Origin: Basidiobolus meristosporus CBS 931.73
Taxonomy: Eukaryota > Fungi > Basidiobolomycota
Reading direction: 5' to 3'
Assembly: GCA_002104905.1 (NCBI GenBank)
Contig: MCFE01000335.1
Span: forward strand, 28,267 to 92,266
DNA length: 64,000 nucleotides
A program made the translations under genes and the position numbers. The notes beneath the pieces were generated by a model. That model ran no database searches, had not been told where the DNA came from, and worked only from the letters and a program-made list of their open reading frames with translations. This document shows, piece after piece, positions 24,101 to 35,389 of the stretch (positions are counted from its first letter, which is position 1; the number at the start of each line of letters is the position of its first letter).

Positions 24101-24465
24101 ACTGAAACTGAGCCCTTCTGCTATGGCCTTGCTAACAAATGGTAGGATTGTTGCTATATCTTTTACACATACTACATCTTTGAAAGTAAGTAAGTTGCTT
24201 CCTCCACTACTTCTAAGGTGTACTTGGTTAGTTCCACCTCCTACTGCATCAAGTGTTCTATTGCCACTTATGGAAACCTACTCCATTGAAATTTCTTGAT
24301 ATTGGGTAAAGCTATTATTGGTGCATAAATGTTGAGATGCTCCAGAGACAATTTACCATGTCTGAGAATCCTTGTTTGCGCTTATATTTAGTGCAGATAC
24401 AAATAGTCTATCTTCAGTTCTTGCAACACTTCAATATTCAGGCTTCTTTTGCAGATTATCTCCTT
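21156..24465 (-). pseudogene. pol: Ty1/Copia pol (protease, integrase, RT, RNase H), heavily degraded
   Basis: Minus-strand frames give SGASQHL (protease, ~24350), YLVTFDDYYTKCMLVYF..K.E (integrase, ~23680) and ALSTTEVDYMA..ATKE (RNase H, ~21270). Confidence 0.8.
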
Positions 24466-25030
24466 CAATAAAGAACTATTGTGATGATCCCATTGAAAGG
24501 CTGGCACAAAATTTAAATCCCAAGACTAAGAGGCATTGAGGCCATTAGCACATGGTGCAAAGGCTGTTTAAAAAAAATTGCACCCCAGGTTTCACAAAAA
24601 CTTGGTCAAAAATTTTCATCACAACAATTCATAAGTGGCACTTGATTGGTTCACTGCCAGTTCTCTCACTTTCTGATTGCAGACACTTGATCACCTCCTA
24701 TGTGTATTTACATTGATTGGCTACTGCCTCTATTTCACACTCCTAACTTCCTGTCTCAAATAATGCCCTTACTTTTCATGTATACAAATTGGTATGATAC
24801 CTTTCAATCTTCAGTTCTAACTCTATTGCCAGTTGTACTAGTCTATTCAGGTCCCTGTATTCAACACTAAAATTAAGCCTTACCTTACACTCAACAAGTA
24901 ACTCCTTAAAAATCCACCATTCAATAAGTACTTAGGCCAAAATTCCCTTTTTCCATCATTTTGGCAGGAGCCCCAGAACTTTATGCCTTTGTTCATTAAC
25001 CAGTTCCTGTTGCAGTTTATGAAATGATTT
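24466..25030. mobile_element. CACTA terminus plus degraded ORF2 3' end; approximate
   Basis: Aligns with 34513-35000 and 45371-45900 (GATGATCCCATTGAAAGG...CAAAAACTTGGTCAAAAATTTTC). Confidence 0.7.
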
Positions 25031-25377
25031 GATTATAAGGAACTTATCAAGAAATAGTGATAATGGTTGGACTGTTGTTTATCCATAAAGAGGATCAGTA
25101 TTTATGCCTTTGTAGATGTAATGCAGCTGTTACACTAAGTAAGGAGGGTTTATTAGCATTCAGGAGCATTTGATAACAGTTTCAGGGTTAGAACATAATA
25201 TTTGGTCAAAAGTGTTAGTTTGATTTTTACTACAGGAAAATAATGTTAGGTTCATAGATCTAAAAAAACTGGCAAAGCTGGGGCTGCAAATTAGTCCTAA
25301 AGAGACCAAGACTAGTCTAGAGTTGTTGAGTAAATTTCTGGCTGCTGAATGCTACCAAATAGTTCAATATCTGAACA
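25030..25377. repeat. Unclassified ~350-bp repeat, copy 1
   Basis: Co-linear with 39785-40130 (ATAAGGAACTTATCAAGAAATAGTGATA...GCTGCTGAAT). Confidence 0.65.
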
Positions 25378-25559
25378 TTTCCCTCAACTAAATAATTTCT
25401 CATTCTTCTCTGAGATTCTTGAATTGTGGTCTAGCTAGTGGTTTATCAATATATCTGCCACCATTTTGTCAATATATTGGCCACCATTTTGTCAGTTGGA
25501 CAGTAAACTAACTCTACTAAGTTATTTTCTACAGCTTCCTTCACAAAGTTGTGTTATAT

Positions 25560-26235
25560 AATTATAAGCATAGTACTGGCATGATTAGTAGAATTCCTGG
25601 CTAATGAGATACAACTTTGATTATCTTTGTGAATACATGTTGATTCATCTTAAGTAAAGTCTAAGTCTTCAAGTAAGCTCTATAGCCATATATCCTTAAG
25701 AGTTGCTTGCCAAGCAGTCATATATTCAGCTTCAGTTGTGGATAGGACCATATTTGGTTGTTTCTTGCAACTCCAATCAATAGCTGCACCAGCATAAAGA
25801 AATACATATCCTGTGGTAGAGCATCTATTAATCAGATCCCTACCCCACTTTGAATCCCTAGAACCATCAAATATTTGCCTATTAGCTGCTCCAGAGTATT
25901 CAGGTACCATATTTATGGTACCTTGTAGCTATTTGAAAATCCACTTAACCGCTGTGATTTGGCCTGATCCATAATTCAGCATGAGTTTACTGACTATTCA
26001 AACTGCCACTGCAGTAACTGGACATGTAGACACCATCTAGTACATTGTGCTACCAACCATTGCTTGGTAGGGAAAGTTTTGGTCCATATTTGAACCATAT
26101 TCACCTAAAACTGGCTGAGATTTGCTCAATTATAGATTATTGTCCTTAGGGATTGTTGCAGGTTTGCAATCTTCCATATTGGGTGTCCAGAAATATCCCT
26201 GATGTACTTAGACTGATAGAGCACAATTTTGTAGA
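25560..26235 (-). pseudogene. pol: Ty1/Copia RT-RNase H fragment; approximate
   Basis: ORF 25680-25910 STTGYVFLYAGAAIDWSCKKQPNMVLSTTEAEYMTA is a canonical Copia RNase H motif. Confidence 0.85.
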
Positions 26236-27232
26236 ACAGAAGTTTTGGTAAGAGAAGGTTGGTGGCTTATAAGAACTTAGTCATCATCCAACAATAACTT
26301 CTTGTAAGTTTGGTTGACAAAGATTGAGTTTGGGTTGTCAATAGGAACTTTGTTGTTAGGTATAACAATATTTATGTGGTTAGAAAAGGATTTTAAGTTA
26401 TGCTTGTGAATACAAATAGGAATACAGATGTTATCCAAAATATATTTTGGGATATAAATTGTGTTATAGTCAAGACATAGATCTCCGGTAATAACACTAC
26501 AGGCAGATCTTTCTGTACGTTTTCCAAGCATAATGTCACAAAAGATGCCATTTTTTCTGGACAGAAATTTTGCCATACCTTCTGTACATTTGGTGCCCAC
26601 AATTTTTGAGTAAGCAAGATAAATGTTATGAACCTTGCCTTTTTTGGCATAGTTGACTAATTGTGTATATTTGGTGGATAAATCTGACATATATTCAGGA
26701 TCTTCTGGGGAGCAAGTTTGAATAGGGGGGATGAGAATGTATTAATAATGTAATTGGTAATTTTGGAGTTATGATAGAGTTTAGAATTCTTTTCAAGGGT
26801 AGAACAAATTTTATCTAAGGATATTTTTATGCCTGATTCTTGAGAAGATTTGGAGGTAGGTTTGTGTAAAACTAACCCATCTCTAGTGACAGAATAACTA
26901 CAAAAAAGTTTTGCTTTACATTGTGGCCATTTAGTTTCATCATGATTGGTGATTTTAATGCCGCATGAGCTACACATGTTGTTGAGTTTAAACTCTAAAT
27001 CTTTTTTAAACAATGGGTGACATATGTAAGTGCCAATATTTAAGTATGCATAATGTCCTGTGCAGTGTTTATTACATTTGATGCAAATATCACCATGGGT
27101 GCAAGGACCAAATTTGGGATTGTAGATATCCCAAGACTTGTTGCGACAGAAGTCAGCAAGTTTGGTAATTTGTTGGTCACATAAAAGGTTACATTCCATA
27201 ATGTGCATAGATGTGAGTGTTGGTAAGGACAT
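26230..27232 (-). pseudogene. Multi-subunit RNA polymerase largest subunit (RPB1/beta'-like) N-terminal fragment, compact and intronless, probably viral
   Basis: CIKC..CTGHY and HPLF...CSSCG (zinc clamp); LIPP; KNGIF(C)DIMLGKRTERSA(C)SVITGD (compare RPB1 [21 protein letters not shown]); LLDDD*VLIS(H)QPSL (compare DGDYVLFNRQPSL). One frameshift near 26735 and a stop at 26277. Confidence 0.85.
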
Positions 27233-27249
27233 TTTAAAAAAGTATTCTA

Positions 27250-27705
27250 TTAATTTGTAGATGCGTATCTAAAACAAATAAATTTGTTGCCAATCATGTA
27301 TGCATTTTCATGCTCATGAATATGTTCACAAAATCCTCAATAGGTTGGTTTAATACATTTCAAGGTTACTGGGCCACTGTCAAGGATTTTTCTAACTTTA
27401 AAACTGGCAGGGTTGGATGAAGGGGGAGTGTCTGAAGATGGTTTAGGTAAAGGAGGGTGGGAGATGAAATATTGGTGGAGTTGGGATTCAGGGATAGAGA
27501 TGAGGTGCATAGTTTGTGTATTAATTTTACCCAATAAGCTATCAGGGAAAGATTTGGGATAAATTTGTTGGGTGCCAAATAAGTATTTCCATCTTTTTTG
27601 TTGCCATTTGGTGGTACCTTAGAGGTGGAAACCTTGAACCAATTGTATATGCCAGTATCAACAAATAGAGTCCAGGGAGAGTTTTGTGAGAATTGGATCA
27701 GGGAA
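27250..27705 (-). pseudogene. Putative AEP/PrimPol-like primase C-terminal fragment; approximate 5' boundary
   Basis: LFVDTGIYNWFKVSTSK resembles PrimPol LFVDLGVYTRNRNFRLYKSSK; C-terminal FCEHIHEHENAYMIGNKFICFR is Cys/His-rich; one frameshift near 27535. Its stop lies 17 bp upstream of the RNAP ATG. Confidence 0.45.
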
Positions 27706-27709
27706 TTGG

Positions 27710-28125
27710 TGAGAATGTGCTGCAGCCTTTTGCAATGGCTGTTGTTGCCCCTGAACTCCACTGTAAGCATTGCAAAAGTCTTTCCAATTCTAGACCTCAT
27801 TGCTTTGTGCATCAGTGGCATCTCCACTCTGTCTGCAGTGAAGGATGTGGAGGCTGTACTAAGTAAGTTGCTTTTTCTGCAAGCTCATCCACCTCACCAT
27901 AGTGTAGCTCAGGTGACTGCACTTGCAACATGAGTAAAGAGCTTTTGTCTTATTTGTGAATCTTCTTGGCTATGATAGGATTTAGCCTATTCTAGGATTA
28001 GGCTTTTATTGGCAAGAACTACAGCTTTTCTTACAGTTCCTTGTCTCTGGCTTGGGTAGATATTTTCCCCTTACCTTTTCCTTTAAACTGCCATGTCTTT
28101 TGCTGCCACTTTGTTGGAGTGCTTC
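27710..28125 (-). mobile_element. CACTA ORF2 fragment; approximate
   Basis: Aligns with 35530-35960 (CTCCACTCTGTC...GATGTGGAGGCTGT...CTGCCACTTTG). Confidence 0.65.
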
Positions 28126-29146
28126 TGTGATGATTGAAAGTATGCCTTTATTATAATATAACGAAACCAATACAGCACTTGTTTCTTTGTTTTGCCTCTG
28201 GCTATTATCAAATGCAAACAAAGGATCACAAATATGCAACATTGATGGCCAAAAGCTCAATATCCCAGTAATTGTTTCATCCTAGAATATTATGTCATGC
28301 AGAGCACTCCGTAGCTGGCACATGTTTCAGGTTATATCTCATTTGAAGGAGTACTTATGGAGTTATGATCACAAGAGTACAGTAACCATATACTAGTCCT
28401 CTATTGCTCTGATTATTATAGCCTTAAAACCCATCAATTAATCCACCTGATTTTCTTACAGGTGCTGTGTCTATATTTGATCTGCACCACTGTAAAGGTT
28501 CAGCTTTGTATCAAATGTATTGAATGCCCAATTGTTCAAAAACTTTGCTCCTTCAGAATTCTTATATACTTGACTTCCCCAGCTGAAATATAAAGCAGAG
28601 CCTCTGTTTCCAGAACCTCCACATGGCAATTCCAAGTATAAAGGCTTTAGGACCTTACCTTCACTGCTTGCACTTTTAAGAATGTTGACTTTTGTTGGTA
28701 CAACATCAGCAAGGCAACTGCAAAGCTCACAAGAGTCCAATGTAAGTTCTACAAGAAAACAACTACTTTCTATTGGAAAAGTCCCCTCCGCAATGCCCTT
28801 TCACTATAACAATACCCCTTTAGACACCCCTTTAGCCCAAATATCCCTTCAGTGACTCTTTCAAGAAGTCCCTTTACTCTAAGAAGTCTGTTTAAGCGCC
28901 CCTTTAGTGTCAAGTCCACATTAGAGACAACTCTAAGATGCCCCTTTAGTCTAAAGACACCACCTTAAGTCTAAGGTCCCCTTCCAAGACCCCTTAGCAA
29001 TACTGCTAAGGTACATGGAGGGTTCAGAATTTGTAAATATGAAAATAATATCTCAGAAAGCCAAGTGACTTCCAGATCAGGTAAAGTTGCCATAACAGCT
29101 AATGCACCCAATAGCTGATGGAAGGTCAGAACCCTGCTGTAGAAGT
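28126..29146 (+). repeat. LTR-like repeat family C, 3'-truncated copy
   Basis: Starts TGTGATGATTGAAAGTATG (compare TGTGTGGTAATGGAAAGTATA at 19531); shares the CCCCTTTAG array; joins Gypsy A RT at ~29147. Confidence 0.7.
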
Positions 29147-31965
29147 GGGGAGCACCAGTACTATTTGTGAAGAGGAAGGATGGAACACTTAGGATGTGCT
29201 TTGACTACAGAGCCCTCAACTCAGTTACCATGAAGAATAAGTACCCCATACCTTGAATTGATGATTTTTTAGACCAACTCAATGGAGCCATTGTATTCAT
29301 CAAGATTGGCCTTGTGTCAAGACACAACAAGATCAGTGTGAAGCCAGAAGACATCCCTAAGACAGTATTCAGGACCAGATATGGACATTACAAGTACTTA
29401 GTCATGAGTTTTGGCCTCACCAATGCCCCTTCAACATTCATAACCCTGATGCAGACTATCTTCCAGGTGTACTTAGACAAGTTTATGATAATCTACCTAG
29501 ATGGCATATAGATATACAGCAAGACAGAAGAGGATAATTTGGTGCACACTGAAAAGGTCTTGATGAAGCAAAGAGAGAAAAAGCTATATGGCAAGCTACA
29601 CAAGTGTGAATTCTTCAAGGAACATGCTGAATATCTGGGAAACATAGTGACTAGCACAGGAGTAGCCTTAGACCCAAAGAAGGTTGAAGTTATTAAGAAT
29701 CTGAAGCAGCCCCATAAAATAGCAGAACTCAGATCATTCCTTAGAATAATCTCCTATTATTGGAGACTTGCCAAGTCCTTTGCATGTATTGCAGCCCCTT
29801 TAACTGATATCCTCAACAAGGACAATACCTGCAAGTGGGACATAGCTTGTGAGACTGCCTTCAAGATGCTCAAGAATGAACCTGCCAAGCTGCCCAGCTT
29901 AGGAATACCTGACTTCAGGAAAGAATTTACTCTGTGTTGATGCTTCAGATTATGCAATTGGTGGAGTGTTGAGACAAGAACACAAGGGAAAGTACTACCC
30001 AGTTGCCTCTGAGTCCAAGAAACTGAACTCAGCGGAACAACACTGTCCAGTGCATGAGAAGGTGATGCTTGCTATTATACACTGTTTGAAGACATGGAGA
30101 TGCTATATTGCAGGAGTCAAATGCACTGTGAAGACTGATCATGCCTCACTCATGTATATCTTTACTCAGAAGATACTCTCTAAATGAATGACAAGATGGA
30201 GTGAATATATTCAGAAATTTGATTTGGAGATTGTCTACTGCCCTGGGATAAACAACACGGTTGCTGATGACTTATCAAGATTGGAGTTAATTGTACAACT
30301 CAGCTTAGTGCATGAATCAGATTGGCCTAGCCTATTACCAAAGTACTTGGAGGACCAAGCCATACGTAATAAGGTGGATGAAGATATCACAAAGATAATC
30401 TGGGATGAAGCCAGCAAATTTGTAGTACAGGATGAAACACTCTACCAAATTGCTGATGGAAGCCCTATTGAATATTGCCCTTATGTTACTTGCCTGGATC
30501 TAACACATAAGCTACACAATGGATATGGACATCTTGGAATTGCAGGAACCTATAGCCTTGTGAAAGCCTGAGCATGGTGGCCCAGAATGCAACATGACAT
30601 TAAGAAGCCAGTGAAAACATGCCCAAATTGCCAAATGAACCAAGGCTAACTACAGATAATTGCTGAACTCTTTCGCTTGGAGCTTGTAAGGCCATTTGAA
30701 AGATGGGGAACTACATTAGTGGAAGACTGCCAACCACCAGGAAATGCAACCATTGGATCTTAGTAGCAATAGACCATGCCACCAAATGGCCAGTGGCTAA
30801 AGCTCTACCTGTAACAAGCAAACAAGAAGTTGCAAGTTTCATCTACTATGAGATCCTTATGAAGTTTGGATGCCCTGTAAAGATGCTATTTAATAGAGGT
30901 ACAAACTTTATGGCAAAGACATTGGAGGCTTACCTGGATATGCAGCAGATGAAACACTTGAAAATCTTTGCTTATCACCCCAGAACTAATGGAGTCACTG
31001 AATGGTTTAATGGATTGTTTGGAAAAATGCTGACCAAGTATGCAAATGGAGTTGTCAGTAGATGGGATGAGTATGTAGACCAAGCACTCTTTGCATGCAG
31101 AGTCAGAGTACACAACATCACCCAACAATTGCCATTTTACTTAATATATGGATGTGAACAAAGGATTCCGGGAGATCTCACACAACCAAAGCTTACAGAC
31201 ACCTTAGAGGATAATCTCAGTCAGCCAAGTACACACCAGCAGCTGGAACAAAGACATCAATAGGCACAGACCAGGGTATCTCAAAGTGCAGAAATGATGA
31301 AACAGAGATTTGAAAAGACTATAGCACCAGAAGCATTGACAGTTGGGAGCTATGTATTGCTAAGAAACAACACTTGGAAGAAGTGTGAGCCACAATGAAC
31401 AGGACCATTCAATAGCATCAGAGAATGTCCATTTGCAACTTACCAACCAGTAGGCAAACAAGGCAATATCTGGGAAGACTTAGTATATAGGGACGGACTC
31501 AAGCTAGCAAGACTTGATGATAATATTGAATCAACAACATATTGGTATCACAAGAAAACAGATTCAGAAGAACCCTCTCAACTTTGGTAGCGGAGAATGT
31601 TATAATCTACCGCTTGAATGATTAAGTTAGATCACTTTTTAGTCAAATCAATTAGTTACATATCTAGCCTATCAGTATATCAGTGCTATTTATCAACTTG
31701 GTAGTATTAGTCAACAAATGAATCAGCAGATCCTTATCAGACAGAAATAGATATATTAAGTAGGATCTTAGTGGGTGATGATGATGCAATCAAATGAGTC
31801 ATTGCCACAGCCTACGTTAGAAAATATAATTAGTCAGCAATTGATCTAGCAAAATGTATATAAGGGGCTGCTAGAACCTCAATAAAGATTAGTTCAAGTT
31901 TCAGTGAATACATTACTATCTAAACTCCCTATTCCTCTACAACTCTTATGCCAAGACTTGTAACA
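29147..31965 (+). mobile_element. Ty3/Gypsy family A copy 2, 5'-truncated (RT, RNase H, integrase, 3' LTR)
   Basis: RT and RNase H ORFs 29314-30571; integrase ORF 30703-31263 (AIDHATKWPVAKAL, YHPRTNG); 3' LTR 31598-31965. Confidence 0.88.
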
Positions 31966-34512
31966 CCATTGCATGCTGACCTCCAAGTAAAGCCTTGCTA
32001 GACTTCCTATAGCTTGTAGAGTATTAGCAAACTCCTTATCCTTGCACTCAATGGCTTCACGGATCTTTGATGTCTTTTGCTTTTTAGGCTTTGGTATACA
32101 CACCACAGTCTCACCCTCACATGCTGTGATAGGTTTGTCAATAGGCTTTATCTTTTGCACTATTGTTGAGCGTCAAACTGTTTGCCCCAAAGAAAAGACT
32201 GCCTTGATTCAATGCTTAAAGATAAGAGAAAACAGACCATGTGGCTATTGAAATAAGCTGCTGAGCTGTAAACCACTAAGGGAGCATAGGAAGCATTAAA
32301 AGGATCACAGCTAGTGTTTTGCCACACGATTCAAATCTTACTATTTGTCAGGCACAACTGTACCAACAATATCTTGCCAAACAACTGGTTCACCTATAAC
32401 AGCACCTAGCACACATGTCACCTTGGGCAAACTGAGTCAGGTGAGTTTGTAATACCTTTAGGCTTACCTCAGCATCCTGAATATGGCATGCAGAGTGATA
32501 GCTCTTAAGAAGTAGGCTCATTGATGGAATGTAAGCTGATCTCCCCTGACAATAGTACCATGCATGGGCATAGCAGAATCCCAATATGCAATGAGACAAC
32601 ACCAGTGAAACAAAATGCCAAGGATATTTTATTGTGCCAAACAAGCCCAGTAACCTAGCAACTAGTGAATGATGTGATGATGCAGCCAAAGAAGTGGTGG
32701 GTTTCTACTAGTATCAGTATAGGGGGCTTTAAAGGTTTTCTACTACTTCTTGACAAGTACATTTCAGGATGCAATATACTATATACATGGTACAAATGAG
32801 CAACTAACATGTGGCTGGCAACATATGACCCTCAGACAGTCTTGATGCCAGCATGCATTAAAAGTTACATAGTATTCACATCATAAAGTGCCACCACTGC
32901 AAGGTGTCCAACTTATCAGGAATACACCACCGTAGGAGGAAAATGTTGCTCACACTCCAGACATATTTTTGCAATGCCATGTCTAAGGAAGCTCATATAG
33001 GCCAACAAGAGTTGTGAAGCTATAGAGTGCCACACTCAACATCAATCAAGCCATTGCTGGATGAAATTTGTATGCATGTGAGCAAGATACTAGTACATAG
33101 CTGTCATTCAAAGCAAATATTATCATCTGCATTTGAGATACCCCAGCCATAAGCAGATAGCTGGCTTGTCTGGGCACAAAGTATGGTATTGCTGGCCAAT
33201 GTGTGAGATACAGAAGATTTACTCCATAACTGACTCACTTTGTTATTATGCAAATACCAATACTAAGAACATCATCTTCCTACACAGAGGATGCACTAGA
33301 GTCAGCATGGAATTGCAGCCAAGTTGCCAAGCTATAAGTCATTATCTAGAATATGGTATTAAACAGAAACTGACCAAGTTGTATATGGGGCATGTCAACC
33401 TACATTAGCTATTTGAGATACTGAAAAATTTGGTAGAATTGGCAAGATATTACAGAGTATAAACTACACAAAGTACTTCTCATATGCTCCAATTAATATT
33501 AATATGCACAAGCAATTATATAAAAATATGGACTGGTTGAACTAGAATATATTCATTCAAGTGGCCTTCTGAAGCCAGTTCTACCAACACTACATTAGGG
33601 GCACTGGTAGTCATATGTTAAACTGTTAAAATTTTTATCCAGGAGTGGATCACCATTGGAATTGGATCTGAGTGGCTACACCACAAGCATAAAGCTGAAC
33701 ACATATATTTTGCTGCTGCTGTATCTATTCTCTATTGCTTTTTGTGGCGTGTGTAAGAAATATTGGGCCTAGCTTCATCATTTGGGAGTTTTCTATGGAG
33801 CAGTGTGATGGTGTATTAGTACTCCTGGGAAAAGCTACACAATTCAGTGTGTGTGAGGTGTTTGAAAGGTGCAGTAATCTCTGGGTCTAAGCTGCTGGTG
33901 TCCTTAGTACTATATTACTATGGTAAATGCTCCTGCTTCTCTAGCTTCCTAGGTGTTCTAAGAGTCTCTAGAGGCCTCTGTGTATCTTGTGCACTACTCT
34001 GAAAAGCTCTTCAATGGCAGGTCTGAGGTGTAACTGTTTAAGGTAGGAGCACTGATCAATTGCTAATCAATAAGGTGAAAGTATCAAAGACTGAAGGGAT
34101 AGTTTACAGTTGAGGGATTGACTTCCATTAAATACCTTTTCTGATTGCCAGACAGCATTGGAAGCACTGGGAGTCATTTGATGAAACTGTAGGAATATTT
34201 AGTCAGGGGCAGATTACCAATGCCAACTTGATTCATCTACAGCATTTTGCAAGTATTTAGTGATAGGATTTGAGCAGCTATACCACAAGCATAAAGCTGA
34301 ATGTGTAGACCTCTGCCACACCTGTATGCATTATCTACTCATTCTTATTTGGTGTGTGGAGAATGCTGGGCTTTGCATCACCAACTAGAAGTTTCCTATG
34401 GAGAGGCTGCATGGGGAGATAGGAAGACAAGTTAAGTTGCAGGTACTAACATATCCCAATCTCATCAGGAATATAACCTTCAAGTTTGTCATGGTTGTGA
34501 TGAGTTGGCATA
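31966..34512. mobile_element. Older degraded CACTA copy (ORF2 and transposase fragments); resumes at 39705-39770
   Basis: ORF 31894-32160 matches ORF2; 32270-34512 matches the transposase. The transposase sequence GATGAGTTGGCATA|TAGAGGACAGCC is rejoined across 34513-39704. Confidence 0.7.
33803..34150. repeat. Partial family D LTR; approximate
   Basis: Aligns with 9095-9450 (GTACTCCTGGGAAAAGCTACAC...GCTCCTGCTTCTCTAGCTTCCTAGGTG). Confidence 0.7.
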
Positions 34513-34993
34513 CACTATGAAAAGTTATTGAGATGAACACATCAAAAGGCCAGAACAAAGTTAAATTCCTGTGACTAAGAGGTACTGATCTCATCAGGAT
34601 ACCATCCAGAGCCCATTGAAAAATAAATGTACCCCCAATTTCACAAAAACTTGGTCAAAATTTCTCATCACAACAACATATTGGTGGCATTTGATTGGTT
34701 CCCTGCCATTTTGCTCACTTTCTGATCCCAGACACTCTATCACCTACTACCTTTGTGTGCATTGATTGGCTATTGCCTCTTTTCCACACTCCTTACTTCC
34801 TGACTCAACCGTTTCTCTTATTGTTCATGTGTACAAATTGATTTATTTCCGTTGAGAATTCAGTTGTATCTCAATTGCCAGTTGTATTGACCTATACAAG
34901 TGCCTATACCCTACATTAACATTGAGACCAGCCCCACACCCAACAAGTAACTCCATTAAAAACCACCACTCAATAAATATTGCTGCTGTAGCA

Positions 34994-35361
34994 TGTTTAG
35001 ATCTACCGCTTGAATGTTTAAGTTAGATCAGTTTTTAGTCAAATCAGTTAGTTATATGTCTAGCCTATCAGTATATTGTTGCTCTTTATTGATTAGGTGG
35101 CATTAGTTAGCAAATGAATTAGCACATCCTTATCAGACAGGAATAGATATACTAAGTAGGATCTTATTGGGCAATGATGATGCAGTCAAATAGTCATCAG
35201 CCACAACCTACATTAGGAAATACAATTACACAGCAATTGATATGTCAAAATGTATATAAGGGGCTGCTGGAACATCAATAAAAAACAGTTCAAGTTTTAG
35301 TAAATACAATACCAGCTAAACTCCCTATTTCTCTACAAATCTTATAACAAGACTTGTAACA
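34994..35361 (+). repeat. Solo LTR of Gypsy A (368 bp)
   Basis: TGTTT...TAACA; co-linear with 13056-13424 and 31598-31965; TSD not clear. Confidence 0.85.
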
Positions 35362-35389
35362 AATGCTCTGGTTCAACAACTCTGGCAGG

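Noticed and set aside
25255-25375. Plus-frame peptide LAKLGLQISPKETKTS as an RT/RdRp motif
   Set aside because: No (G/A)DD motif upstream, and both copies share stops in this frame.
26230-27232. RNAP fragment as the host's own RPB1 or a yeast killer-plasmid polymerase
   Set aside because: Far too divergent and short for a cellular subunit, and intronless. It keeps the N-terminal zinc clamp, which I do not associate with the reduced plasmid enzyme. Neither is formally excluded without a phylogeny.
27226-27245. TTTTTTAAAATG as a poxvirus-type late promoter for the RNAP gene
   Set aside because: Not an exact TAAATG, and common in AT-rich DNA; no weight on its own.
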